Origin: the human T2T-CHM13v2.0 reference genome, Homo sapiens
Assembly (NCBI RefSeq): GCF_009914755.1
Contig: NC_060945.1
Direction: 5' to 3' (one strand)
DNA length: 64,000 bases
The position numbers were made by a program, and so were the translations under genes. The number at the start of each line of letters is the position of its first letter. Position 1 is the first letter of the stretch. Below the pieces are notes generated by a model. That model ran no database searches and was not told the DNA's origin. It saw only the letters and a list, made by a program, of their open reading frames with translations. Positions 11,757-24,424 of the stretch are shown here, one piece after another.

Positions 11757-12054
<298 letters not shown>

Positions 12055-12943
12055 TTAAAATAAAAATGCACAACTACATCTGGCCACAAGCAACATCAGA
12101 CTAGTCCCCACTGAGGCGCTTTTAAAAGTCTGTCCTTTGAAACTATGTCAAGGTCAATGAAGGACAAGGAAGACAGGAACAGTTGGAAGAAAGGAGAAAA
12201 GGTTGGCTCAGTGCTCTGTGTTACGTGAACTGGATCACGGATTGGAGGAGAAATCGCTATGATGGGAATCACTGGGACACTGAAGCAATTTGATTATGGC
12301 CTGAGGATTATTAGATACTAGGATTGTATCAGTGTTGAATTTCCTGATTTTGATAATTACACTGTGGTTATGTAAGAGAATGTCCCTGTTCTTAAGAAAC
12401 ACAGCCTTAATAAATTAGGGGTAAAAGAGTACAATGTCTTCAACCCAACTTTTAAATAGTCCGGAAAAAAATATAATATGATTATACACAAATAAATGGG
12501 GCAAAATGCAAGCACTTGGAAAATATGGGTGGGAGGCAGGAGTGGAGGGCCACCTGTATCTTCTCTGTAAGAAATTATACAAAATGTAAAGTCACAAAAA
12601 ATTTTGTTAACAGCCAAGAATACAACAGACAAGGCCACAAACGCACCAATGATTGAGGCTGGGTTTTGGAAAACCACTGTGAATCCAGAGGAAAGGAGTG
12701 GAAGAGAAAGTAAAGACGGAGGCAGAGAAGACATCAAAGCTGCTGCAGCATCACGGGGTCCTACAGCTAGAGAACTAAATAACTGGGTCAGCGATCTAAT
12801 AGAAGAAAATATGCCCGAGACTAAACAAGGACGGAATCCACAAGTCACGAGAGCTAAATCAGTAAAAACACAAACAGACAAAACGTCCCCAAAAAATCCA
12901 GTTAAGTGGATTGTGCTTATTGCGAAAAACACACCTAAAACAA

Positions 12944-13036
12944 AGTGACCTTGAGTGAAAGGACAGACCAAGGCGGACAGCGGCTCTGCAGTGACCTCGA
13001 GTGAAAGGACAGACCAAGGCGGACAGCGGCTCTGCA
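12944..13036. repeat. Two-copy ~46-bp tandem duplication
   Basis: AGTGACCTYGAGTGAAAGGACAGACCAAGGCGGACAGCGGCTCTGC x2. Confidence 0.9.
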
Positions 13037-13534
13037 GACGCTGCCACACCCCAGCAGGACCTGAGGCCCCGGTGGAACCCAGACTCCAGAAGCCTTGAGG
13101 CCCAGGTGTCCACAAGACAAAAGGAATCACTTTCTGAAGGAGCCGCTCCGTGGATGGGGATCTAAGTCCCATAGCTAAAGGCACACACATCCATGAGCTG
13201 CCAGTTCCAGGGGTGCAGGACGCCCCGATGGAGGTGGTGAGAGGAGGCACAGGCCCCTCCACGGGAGCATGGCCGGCCCAGGAGGCAAGACCAAGCAGAA
13301 AGGGTGGGGTGTCCTCTCCGTGGAATTTGCACAGCTGAGCATATCATAGGTCACAAAAAAACCTCAATAAGGTGTCCAAAATAAAAAGTGAAATCTCATC
13401 TTCTGAACACAAGTCAATAAAATGAAGGGGGAGGAGGGGGAGGGAAGCTGCGCCCCAGGGCTGTGAGCTCCGCCACCGCCTCCCCACCCTCCCTGCACGC
13501 CCCTGTCCGACCCTTCCTCGGCAGCCCGGCCCAC

Positions 13535-13666
13535 CAGCCTGATCCGCTGCTCCTCCTCCAGGATGAAGAGGTTCTCCTTCTCGCAGTAGAAGGCGGCCGC
13601 ATCCAGCAGAGCCTTCAGGGGCACCAGGCCCACCAGCTGTGAGCCCACCACTGGGAGGCTCAGCTC
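13535..13666 (-). CDS. FTCD: FTCD exon 7 ([16 protein letters not shown]...RIRL)
   Basis: 132 nt, AG/GT flanks. Confidence 0.96.
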
Positions 13667-13803
13667 CTGCCAAGGCACAGGCAGCGTCACCCCCTGGGGG
13701 CTGGCTGGAGAATGGCCCTGGCTGGAGGATGTGGGGCCCCCGCCCTGCCCACGGGACAGATCGGCTCGCCCCTCACAGCAGCAGCGGCTGCTCCCGGGCT
13801 CAC

Positions 13804-13941
13804 CTGTGCTTCTCGGCAGGTCTCCTCGTAGACCGTGTGCAGTGCCGTGACCTCAAAGTCCAGAAGATTGGTGGACACCTGAGCCAGGTTCTTCTCATCC
13901 AGGTACCAGCCAATGCCCTGAACTTTCTTCAGACGTCCTGG
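13804..13941 (-). CDS. FTCD: FTCD exon 6 ([12 protein letters not shown]...CREAQ)
   Basis: 138 nt, ctttgcag acceptor, GTGAG donor. Confidence 0.97.
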
Positions 13942-14974
13942 CTGCAAAGGAAGAGCGTTCCCCAGCCTGGACTAGGAAGCTCATCCTGCCTGGCCCTGCC
14001 AGTCTCTCCTGGCACTTGCATTCCCCAGCTGGACGGGGAGGAGCCTGTGCCTGGGTGGGTGCTGTGGTTCTCCTCCGTCCCTCACTGAGCTGGCCGGGGA
14101 GGGCCAGAGAAACTTCGCTTGCCACAGGGAAACGGAGGCCCCAAGGGTCAGACACCGGAGGCCCACCCCGGCAGGCCCCCGCCCAGCCTAGGCCCTGCCT
14201 TCCAGCCACGCTGTGTCCTAGATGTTGGGGGAATGCTGAGGGGTGGGGCCCCAGGCACCCCCATGCCGTTCTCCCATCCCATCTGCTCCGCTCCCGACAA
14301 GTCCCCTCAGCCCCGCACTTGTCGGGGTGACTGAGTCCACGTGGGGGGACTCTGACCTCTGCCCTTGGCCGGGGCCTAAAGCAGGACTTAGAGGTCCCTG
14401 TGCTTTTGTGCTGAGTCTGCAGGTCGGGAAGCCGGGTCCCAGGACCTTGGCTGTTTGTGGGACCGGGGTCTCTGAGTGGGGAACAGATGGGCAGGTGGTC
14501 CCCCCCGCTTTCTCCGGGTATCTATACCCGGAGTGACGCTCAGACCGGGTGACCACTGCTGTGCAGACGTGGAGGGAAAGGCCTGGGGGCACCTGAAGGT
14601 TTGTAGGGGTGTCGGGGCTCCCAAGGCATCTGGAGGGATATGGGGGGCCCCTGAGGGCACCTGGGACTCCGGAAGTCGCTGTTTCCCAGCAGTATGGAAA
14701 TGCTGCCACATGTTAACAAAGGGAAGTCCTGCCTCGTTCCCTGGAAAATCCCCAGGAGGCCAGAGCTCCCCAGCTTCACTCCGCCCCTGACCTGCCGACC
14801 TGCGCGGTCCCCGCACGGTGTGGACGCGGAGGCTGGGCCGGTCTGCAGGTGGGAGGCCGAACCCTGTCCGGCCGGTGCCCCATCCACCACCGACCTCCCC
14901 GCCTGAGGCTCTCAGCCTCTAACCCTTTCCCGAGGGGCTGGGTGGGGCTCCATGGGGTCAGTGAACGGGGTCAC

Positions 14975-15154
14975 CTGGTCCTTCCCGCGGCCCTGCTCCC
15001 GCAGGTTGAGCGCGATGCGGTGGGCTTGCTCCTTTGTGCCGAGCAGGTTGATGTTAAAAGCAATGAGGAACTTCCTCGCCCCCGTGGCCGTGGCCCCCCA
15101 ACTGGGGACAAAGGAGCTGGGACCAAAGTCGGGCGCCCAGTCGGCCTGCTGGAG
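14975..15154 (-). CDS. FTCD: FTCD exon 5 ([12 protein letters not shown]...RGKDQ)
   Basis: 180 nt, AG/GT; PDFGP and [13 protein letters not shown] motifs. Confidence 0.97.
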
Positions 15155-15308
15155 CTGTGAGCAAGTTCGCTCTGGGGTGAGACATCCCCCACGGGAGGGA
15201 ACAGCCCCCCGGGGTCCCGGGAAGGAGGGGCCCGGCCCAGCCACCCCAGCCAGGACAAAGGGGCAGGTCCACCTCCTTCCCAGGCCCGACCGCCCGGGGT
15301 GGGGGCAC

Positions 15309-15397
15309 CTTCTTAGGGAGGGCCTCGTACTCCCCGGCCCGGATGGCCGGCAGGGTCCGGCGACTGTCCATCCTGGCTGCCTCGCCGTACAGGTAAA
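15309..15397 (-). CDS. FTCD: FTCD exon 4 (VYLYGEAA...EALPKK)
   Basis: 89 nt, ctgcag acceptor, GT donor, restores phase 0. Confidence 0.96.
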
Positions 15398-15825
15398 CTG
15401 CAGGAGAGCCCGGCGGTCAGGCCTGGACCGGCAGGGGGTCCAGGACTCAGTTCCTGGAGGACGCAGGTGGAGGGGCTCCCTCCAGCCTAACCCAGGAATG
15501 GGCCTCTACTGCACCCTCTCCTGGGGAGTGCCCGTTCTCCGCCTTGGATGGATGCGGGTGGTCCCAGTGGACCCTCAGTGTGGGCCAGCACCCCTGCCCA
15601 CCCCCTCCTCAGAGGGCCCTGAAAAGGCGAATTGCAGGGTTAGGATGGAACATGTGGGACATGCTAACGGCAGGACGTTCATGCTTCTGTTTTCTTTGTA
15701 TGATAAACAGAACCGCAAGCAACCACATAAATATAACGGCAGAGAAAAGGAAAAACTCGTGAACCCGCACACCAGTGTGACTGTGACGTGGGCCCTGCGT
15801 CGGGATTTCCTTCGGGGGGACTGGC

Positions 15826-15912
15826 ATGACCGTGACGGGGGTTACGTGTGCCCTGCATGCCGGCGTGACCGTGACGGGGGTTACGTGTGCCCTGCACGCT
15901 GGCGTGACTGTG
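15826..15912. repeat. Two-copy 39-bp tandem duplication in FTCD intron 3
   Basis: TGACCGTGACGGGGGTTACGTGTGCCCTGCA.GC.GGCG x2. Confidence 0.9.
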
Positions 15913-16323
15913 ACCTACGTCCCTGCCTCGGGATTTCTTTCCAGGAGCGCTGGGTTGGTGCAGCCTAGGGGTGGGTATGCACTTTGTCCCGTTTGTCTCT
16001 GTTTGTTTCATATCATTTTCTTGATTTAGTTAATTTCCCAAAGTGAAATTATTCTGCTCTAGAAGGCGTGGACTTTAAGGCTCTTGGTTTGCCTGTGCAG
16101 CTGCTCTGCGGTGTAGTCTGAGGAGGCCCCGGGCCTGCACGGCCGCAGGCGAGGCTGCGTTTATTTCGGTATTGAGGGAGCTGCGCTTCTGCATGTTGGC
16201 TTTTTGGAACACTCTGCCCTTGCAAGAGCAGTCAAGGGCAGGGAACTGGGGGATACAGAAGGAGCCAATAACCCACACCAATGAGACGGGAGCAGAGTGA
16301 GGGGGGCGGGGGGGCACGCTCAC

Positions 16324-16452
16324 CTGGCACGTCCAGCTCCTCTGCCAGCCTCTGGCCAAAGGCCTGGGCGCAGAGCACACACTCATCCACGCTGACGCCC
16401 CTCACGGGGATGAAGGGGCAGACGTCTAGGGCCCCCATGCGGGGGTGCTCTC
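16324..16452 (-). CDS. FTCD: FTCD exon 3 ([15 protein letters not shown]...ELDVP)
   Basis: 129 nt, AG/GT flanks, phase 1-1; [12 protein letters not shown] motif containing the catalytic His82 of the FT domain. Confidence 0.97.
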
Positions 16453-17565
16453 CTGCAGAGAGACGGCGAGGCCGGGCAGGAGGCCAGGTGTGGGAGCGGG
16501 TGGGAGCTCCACGGGGTTCTCGGACCCTCTGTCCTCTCCGGCCTGGGCAGCCCCCAGTCCACACACCCAGCAAGCTGCTCACACTGACCCACGGGGAGGA
16601 GGCCGGCCCTGGGCGCTCCCAGCCCTGCCCCAGCGGCAGCACCAGCCCTCCCGGGACAACGGAAGTTCCCGCACCGTCCTCCCAGCCAGTGTGGGGGAGG
16701 TCCTTCAGCCCAGGAGCAGCAGCACCTGAGCGGGTGGTCTGGCATCTCTGGGATAAACCTGTCCCTCTCCTAACACTCACAAAAATAACTTTGAAAGGGG
16801 TGCAAAGCTCAGCTCTCAGGCAGCCCCGGCCAGGCCAAGAGGGGGCGCTCGAGGCTGGGTTCCGGCCACCCCAACCCCCTCCCCTGAAGCCGAGAATCCA
16901 CTCTGCGTTTCCAGAGCATTCTTCTCACTAGCTGAGTCCCTCGCTGTGGCTACACCAAGCCGTGGGTCGGCGCCCACCCCAGGGGACGCCAGCCTCCCCC
17001 GCCTTTGCCGCCACCGCCCAGGGCTGGCCACTTAGAGATAAGCTTCTCATCCGTCCACCCCTCAGGATCACTGTGGATCCCTGGCCTCTCATGAGCGGCC
17101 CACAGCCCAGCCCCTGGCCAGCGCCCGTGTGTCCACACACCTTTGGCCCTGCCTGCCCACCGAGGTGTTTGGCTTGTGGGCTGTTGACAGGTCAGCTTTC
17201 AGGCAGCCCTTCCCCCACCAGTGCCTGCTCCAAGACTGGCTCTCAGCCCCCTTGACGAGTGGGCAGGTGGACGGGGCCCACAAACCTTCCCCGGCGTGGC
17301 CCCCTCCCCCCACCCAGCCGTGAAGGTGGCCCGGTGCTGTGGGAGCGTGGCGACCTGGGGGTCCCCCAGAGCACAGCCCTGCAGGCAGGCTGGGGGCCAT
17401 GACCCCCACACTCCAGGGTCCTCCTAGGAGAGCCAGAGCCAGCCCCACTGGACCCCACGTTCCAAGCCTGGGCCCCGGGCCTACCCCCTCTCCCAGGACA
17501 CCAGGACAGGGCTCGGCCCTGACATTCTGAGACACGGCAGCCACAGGAGAGCCCAGAGACCTCAC

Positions 17566-17749
17566 CTTGGTGCCTGCTCATGTCGATAAGTCGGGAAGCT
17601 ACCCGGGCAGCGTTGAGGGCCCCCTCCACCACGCACTCCGGCGGCCCCACGAAGGTGTACACGGTGCGGTTGGTGGAAGGGCCTGCGTCCACATCCAGCA
17701 GCACGCAGCCCGGGGTCTGTGTGATGGCTCCAGAGATGGCGTCGATCAC
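17566..17749 (-). CDS. FTCD: FTCD exon 2 ([11 protein letters not shown]...DMSRHQG)
   Basis: 184 nt, cag acceptor and GTGAG donor; NRTVYTFVG motif. Confidence 0.97.
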
Positions 17750-18886
17750 CTGGGACACAGGCCCGGCCCCCACACCTCAGTCTCCCCGTTTGAAAGAAGG
17801 AAAAGGAGCTTGGAGGTGGCTGCACCCCGAGACACAAATGGGGGCTGAGGAGGCGGGCCAAGCCTTTGGGGGCTCTCCGACAAGCTGAGCTCCCACCGAA
17901 AGTGCCCGCACACAGCGGCCGCCCGGGAACCCTCACAGCAGCCACAGTCACTCCAGCCCAAGCACGGTCCCCACAAGGGGCTGCAGGTGGTGCCTCCAGG
18001 AGAGACTCACGGGCTCTGCTCCGACAGACAGATGCCAGAGACGTGGCCGGGGATCCAAGAAGGTGACCACAGGCGCAGGTCACAGAGGGGCCGGGACCCC
18101 CACCCCCGAGCAGGGGAGGGACAGATCACCAGCATGGGGGAGGGGCCTGAAGGGCCTAGAACCTTCCGGGTGGCAGGACTGCTGGGAGCAGGGGCTCAGC
18201 CCCAAATCTTGCCCTGTCCCAGGGCCTTGGTGCTGGCTGGAATCCCGGCATGACGAGGCCTCCCTGCACCCCTGCGGGTGACCCCTGTGGCCTGGTGCTG
18301 CCCTCTGGGAGGCCTTCCAGGTGGCCCTTAGGGCCTGCATTTGTTCCCGGAGGAGCCTGGACCTCAGGGCTGTGGAAGGCGAGAGGCCGGACCTGGGGGC
18401 CTGCTGCCCCCTCTGTGCCTACTTCGTTTTGGGTCCAGTGAGGATGGTGGCTGCAGGGTGGGGGCTCAGCAAGCTAACTCCAGTGGAGATGGAGAGGCGG
18501 CAGTGGGGACCATGCTGGGCCACCTCGTGTGACCTCACACAGCCCTTTCAGTCAGTGGCAGGAGCCCCATTTTCAGGGGGGAGCACCAAGGCCCTTTGAG
18601 GCCCAGAGATCTGCCCAACCCCCCACCGAAAGCACCCGAAAGGCCCCTGAAGCCACAGCCAAGCCTCAGCCCCCACAAGCACCAGTCGTGTTCCACCCAC
18701 CCCTGGGTCAGGCACTCCCCAGGGCCCTGAGCCACGGGATGTCCTTGGGGCCCACGGGCAGCGGCTCTGCCCATCCTGGGAAGACGACCCGGGACACCAA
18801 GCCCACCACCTCCTCCATGGCCTGGGCCTTAGCCACTCAAGCTGCCCCATCAGCCCTAGATGCTTGACCAGCTCCTCGGGCCTCAC

Positions 18887-18940
18887 CTCCTGGTTCTTCC
18901 CCTCCGAAAAGTTGGGGACGCATTCCACCAGCTGGGACAT
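18887..18940 (-). CDS. FTCD: Formimidoyltransferase-cyclodeaminase, coding exon 1 (MSQLVECVPNFSEGKNQE)
   Basis: ATG at 18940-18938; 54 nt; GTGAG donor at 18886; the LVECVPNFSEG N-terminus is the hallmark of glutamate formiminotransferases. Confidence 0.98.
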
Positions 18941-19019
18941 GGCCAGCACCTTGATCCAGATGCTCCTCTCTGGGCAGATGGAAGGACAGGGCCAGTGCTC
19001 CGCAGCCGCCGCCAGGGCC

Positions 19020-19098
19020 TTTATACGCTCACCGGCAGCACCTCCCCACCGGCTTCTCATTAACCAGCAAGGCACAAGGAGCAGTGGGGCCAAGGTCC
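19020..19098 (-). promoter_or_regulatory. FTCD core promoter: TATA box, HNF1-like site, DR1/HNF4-like site
   Basis: TATAAA on minus at 19025-19020, about 80 nt upstream of the ATG; GTTAAT half-site within 19052-19064; GGGGCC-A-AGGTCC at 19086-19098. Consistent with the known liver/kidney expression of FTCD. Confidence 0.7.
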
Positions 19099-19459
19099 CT
19101 GTGCAGCCGCGGAGTGGGGTGCTGCAGAGCCACCCCGGGTGCTGTTGACCCAGAGGGGATGGCTCCACTCAGCCAGAGTGTGGGTTCCCGGAAAAGAAGC
19201 ACATGCCAGGGTGAAGGGGCATGTGCCGAGGACCCCCAGTAGCATCAGGCCAGCCTGGCTGGAATCCTGTCGTGACGAGGCCTCCCTGTGCCCCTGCGGG
19301 TGACCCTCGTGACCCTGTGCTGCCTTCTGGGAGGCCTTCCAGGCAGCCCGTGGGGCCTGCGTTTGTTCCTGGAGGAGCCTGGACCCCTGGGGCTGTGGAG
19401 GGCGAGAGGCCAGCATGAGGCCCTGGCTCGCAGCACCCAACTGAGGTCAGCTCAGCTCA

Positions 19460-19790
19460 GACAGGAGAGTGCAGGGGAGCACGCGTGTGAGAGTGAGTGA
19501 GGATACACGTGAGGGCAGGGCAGGGGAACACGTGAGAGTGCAGATACACGTGAGCACAAGGCAGGGGAGCACATGTGTGAGAGCGTGGATACATGTGAGC
19601 ACAGGACAGGGGAACACGTGTGAGAGTGAGCGAGGATACATGTGAGTGTGGGGTAGGGGAGCACACGTGTGAGAGTGCAGGTACACGTGAGCATGGGGCA
19701 GGGGAAGCAAGCATGTGAGAGTGAGTGCAGATACATGTGAGCGCAGGGCAGGGGAACACGCGTGTGAGAGTGCAGATACACACGAGACGG
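19460..19790. repeat. Degenerate ~40-45-bp tandem array upstream of FTCD
   Basis: Recurrent GGGGA(A/G)CAC(G/A)TGTGAGAGTG..GATACA(C/T)GTGAG. Confidence 0.88.
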
Positions 19791-20143
19791 GCATGTGCGA
19801 TATGGGGGAAGGCAGCTGAGACCCCAGCTCTCTCCAGCTGCTGCTCCCCTGACTACAGGCTCCCCACGAAGTCAGCGGCACCAGGGCCGTGCTCAGAAGG
19901 GAGAACTCCTGTCTCCACGTTCAGCCGCTGCCCACTTGCAGTGCTTTTATCATTTTCTCTTTTTTTTTTTTTTGAGACAAAGTCTCACTCTGTCAGCCAG
20001 GCTGGAGTGCAGCGGCACAATCATGGCTTCCTGCAGCCTTGGTCCCCAGGCTCAAGAGGTCCTTTCACCTTAGCCTCCTGAGCATCTGGGCCACAGGCAC
20101 ACACCACTACACTGGCTAACTTTTCCATTTTTGGTAGACATGG

Positions 20144-20886
<743 letters not shown>

Positions 20887-21214
20887 CCACTTGAAGTTCT
20901 TAATGGAACCCCAACCATGTGGGCCTTAGGGACCCCACCTCCGTGGCTACTCAGGGGGACTGGGATGAGACAGGAGCCAGGTAAGCCCAGAAACCTTCAG
21001 AGGCTGGGAGCACACAGAGTTCCCCAGCCAGGGCTCCACGTCTGGAGGCTGGGAGTGGGGGATGGGGTCAGGGATCTGTGTCTGGAGGGAGACCAGGAGG
21101 GGAGGATGGGGTCAGAGCTCTGTGGAGCCTCAAGGGGAGGATGGAGTCAGGGATCCATGTCTGGAGGCCAGGAGGGGAGGATGGGGTCTGTTGAGGGCCG
21201 CACTGCATTCCCTC

Positions 21215-21520
21215 GAGAAACCATCTGCTGAAGGCCTGACCTCCAGCATGGCAGACTGGATTACCCCCAGCACCGCCGACTGGATTGGATGTGGAGATGG
21301 ACAGGGCGGTGAGAAGAGGGAGAGACACCAGGGATGCACTCAGAGAAAAGGCCAGGAGGACAAAGCAGGGAGGCGGCCGCCTGCAAGCCAAGCAGAGAGA
21401 CCTCAGACAAACAGAATCTGCAGACACTTTGATCTTGTACTCTGGGCCTTCAGGACTGTGATAGAATAAATTTCTGTGGTTTAAGCTGCTGGGTCTGCGG
21501 TACTTTGTGACGGCAGCCGC
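21215..21520 (+). mobile_element. MLT1 (MaLR) LTR remnant
   Basis: Typical 3' part: gcaagccaag...ttgatctt...gactgtga..aataaatttctg..gtttaagc. Confidence 0.65.
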
Positions 21521-22651
21521 ACACATCCAGGGTCCCGAGGTGCGGGGCACTGGAACATTCTGGCTGTGAGGGTTGCCCACACTGGGCTGGCACCTTCATC
21601 CTCGCACCACAGCAGAGTGACCAGAACCATACACTCGTGACCCAGGACGGTGCCAAGGCCAAGACCTGGCCCTGTCCTCCAGCCCAGCAAATCGCCTGTC
21701 AGGAGAGAGGGTTGGGGCGGGAGGCCCCGGCAGGAGCTGCATGCATTTCCTACCCAGCTACTGCTGGACCAGGGCTTGGCTACAGCTGAGAACACGAGGG
21801 GGAATGGGGCTGGTTGTGACGCCGGCGCTGGTTCTCAGGGGCAGCACTGAGACATTAGAAATGCTGGCAGGTGCTGTAAATAGCTCCTGAATCGGGGACC
21901 CTAAGGGACCCCACTTACAGGAGAAAGAATCTCAGCTATGCCCACACCAGGGTTTCCACCATCTCTCCCCAGTGACAGGCCCAGGGCTACTGATTCCAGG
22001 GCCAGGCAGGCCATACACTTTTCTAACCCAGAGTATGAGACAAACATAGTGGGCCCATAAGTAAATGACTGAATACGGAAGCTGTGTGCAGGAGAATCCG
22101 AGTTCACTTGGGCCGGTGCCCACCTCCGTCCCAGGAGGTGGAAATCATCCCCTAGAAGCTCACTGCCCTCCCGTCTACAGATGGAAGAGCTGGTGCCCAG
22201 GGCCCGGGTGCTGCCCCAGGAGACATGGCCACGCCAGCCACTTCAGGGCCACCCTCCTCACCCTGTTCCCATTTCTCCTCATTTTAATAGTACAGTAAGA
22301 AAAAGTGCAGGAATGGGCTTCACCCTCTCTGCACGGGAGCCCTCCAGAAAGTTCCACGTGCACCTGCAGCTTAGGGGCCTAGGGGGTGGCACTGCCAGGG
22401 TGGGGGTCTAGCTTCTGACCACAGGGCCCCCCCAGGCTAGCCCAGCACAGTGGACAACTTGGGCCCCACTATATGGACAGAGGGTGAGCCATGGGCACCG
22501 CCCCAGCCAAAGCCCCCAGGGGCCACTCCAAGCCAAGCCCAAGAGCCTGGAAGACACTAAGGCTGTTTGGGGGACCCATGGCCAGAGGCTGAGAACCCCA
22601 TTCTTCTAGAGACCCAGAGCACAGGGGCTGAATGCCACCTGCCCACCAGAC

Positions 22652-23235
22652 TGTTCCTGTATAACTCATATGGTTTTTGTTTTCTGGTTTACAATGCTTT
22701 GACCTCTCGGGGGCCTTACTGGCTAGGTGGAGACTGCCCTCCCAGGACTGGCTAATTCCTAGAGACAGCAAAAGGTGCCTGCAAACAGAGCTCCCCTTTA
22801 AGGCACAAGCCAACCCACCTGGAGCCTGTAAACCCAACCACCCCTTATCTGACTCACTCACCAAACCCATGTTCCTCTGCCCTCAATCACCCTGGGGCAG
22901 GACGGTGGTCAACTAGACACCACCCCATAGCCCGGAGCCCAGGGAAATTAACCTGTCCAATCCTAAACTTGCTCCTTCGTGCCTACCCTCCCTGGCCTCT
23001 CTTCCCAGGGAAACCCCCACAGAGCCTCTGGCCATGCTCTCCCCTCTCGCCTTCTGCGTCCTGTTGCCACGGCGCCCCGCCCCGGGCGGCCCTGTGTGGC
23101 ACGGTACGTGCCCTCCTGTGGTTTAAGTAGCTGGGTCTGCAGTACTTTGTGACACACTCTCCTTTAAAGTCAGGGGTCCTGTGTCTGTATCCCACCACAC
23201 CCAACTGAAATAAATCCTGGTGCGTTTCATCACAG
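22652..23235 (+). mobile_element. Old ERVL-type LTR, MER74-like
   Basis: gctttgac...ggggcctt...gactgccctcccagg..gctaattcctagaga resembles the MER74 consensus (from memory). Confidence 0.55.
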
Positions 23236-23355
23236 CCCTTCCTATCCCAGGCTTGCTGAAAGTATCCACTCGCTGGCACCGAGGGGAAGGGGGCATGGAC
23301 CACCTGGCCGAGACTGTGTGGCTGCAGCCCTAGGCCTGGGGCCCAAAGCTCCTGG

Positions 23356-23505
23356 CCCAGCCACAGAGCCAGCCCAGTGCCGGCGTGGCCACAGGCGACC
23401 CTCAAAGGTAAGGCCAGAAATCAGCACCCAGCCACAGAGCCAGCCCACTGCCGGTGTGGCCACAGGCCACCCTCAAAGGTAAGGCCAGAAATCAGCACCC
23501 AGCCA
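23356..23505. repeat. Two-copy ~71-bp tandem duplication
   Basis: AGCCACAGAGCCAGCCCA...AAAGGTAAGGCCAGAAATCAGCACCC x2. Confidence 0.88.
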
Positions 23506-23945
23506 GAGCTTCTCAGGCCAGTGGGCCCCTCGTCTGCCGGGCATGAGGTTGGGCCCGCACCCCAGGATCCAGCCCATCTGCACCTGGGAGCTGAATGTTG
23601 TAGCTACCAGCCAGAGTGGGGTCCCCAGCAGTCTCCATCGAGCTCTGAACTGTTAATGTGTGACAGCCCTGCCATCCTCGCCACTATTGCTGAGACAGTG
23701 TGAGGACCAGGCTGAGCGTGCTGGCTTGTGCAGCATGAGCCAAGACTCCCCTGAGACACGGTAAATGCCCCTCGTTCCAGGGCACTTTGGAACTGGGTAT
23801 CTCCTCAGCCCCAAGGTCCCGCCAATTCACTGAGGGCCCGTCTTCTCGCTGTTCCGGCCTCCGGCAGGGAGATGACCCAGGGGGAGGGGAATTGATGGGT
23901 CAGCTCCCCAGCTCCCCGCTCCGGGATGGTGCAAGGTGCACCTGA

Positions 23946-24196
23946 CATGGTCTCCGGGGCTCCCCTGTGCTCGTCCACCCCCAGCACCCCCATGGTCTCC
24001 GGGGCTCCCCGGCGCTCGCCCACCCCCGGCACCCCCACGGTCTCGGGGCTCCCCTGTCCTCGCCCACCCCCAACACTCCCACGGTCTCTGGGGCTCCCCG
24101 GCGCTCGCCCACCCCCGGCACCCCCATGGTCTCCGGGGCTCCCCTGTGCTCGCCCACCCCCAGCACCCCCACGGTCTCGGGGCTCCCCGGCGCTCT
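23946..24196. repeat. ~43-bp GC-rich VNTR, ~6 copies
   Basis: CAYGGTCTCCGGGGCTCCCC..GCTCGCCCACCCC..CACCCC. Confidence 0.92.
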
Positions 24197-24424
24197 CCCG
24201 CCTGCGTTGCCACTGCTCAGCCCTAAGGTCCGGGTTCACTGTAACGCGGCTGTTGCCCTTTCGAATTCTTCGCTTTTGAACAAGGGGCTGCGTTTCCATT
24301 TTGCCGGCAGGGGTGCGCAACCATCCGCCAGAACCAAGTCCTTGCCCCAGCTCGGCATTCGGGGAAACCCAAACTGGGACAGGACTCGCCGTCCCGGGCG
24401 GGAAAGCGGGTGGGCGTGGAGGCC

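Noticed and set aside
12357-13262. 301-aa hydrophobic minus-strand ORF
   Set aside because: Antisense reading of A-rich decayed L1-like sequence plus a short duplication; intronic
14952-15968. 338-aa plus-strand ORF antisense to FTCD exons 4-5
   Set aside because: GC-rich shadow frame with no recognisable domain; an antisense lncRNA may exist here but cannot be supported from sequence alone
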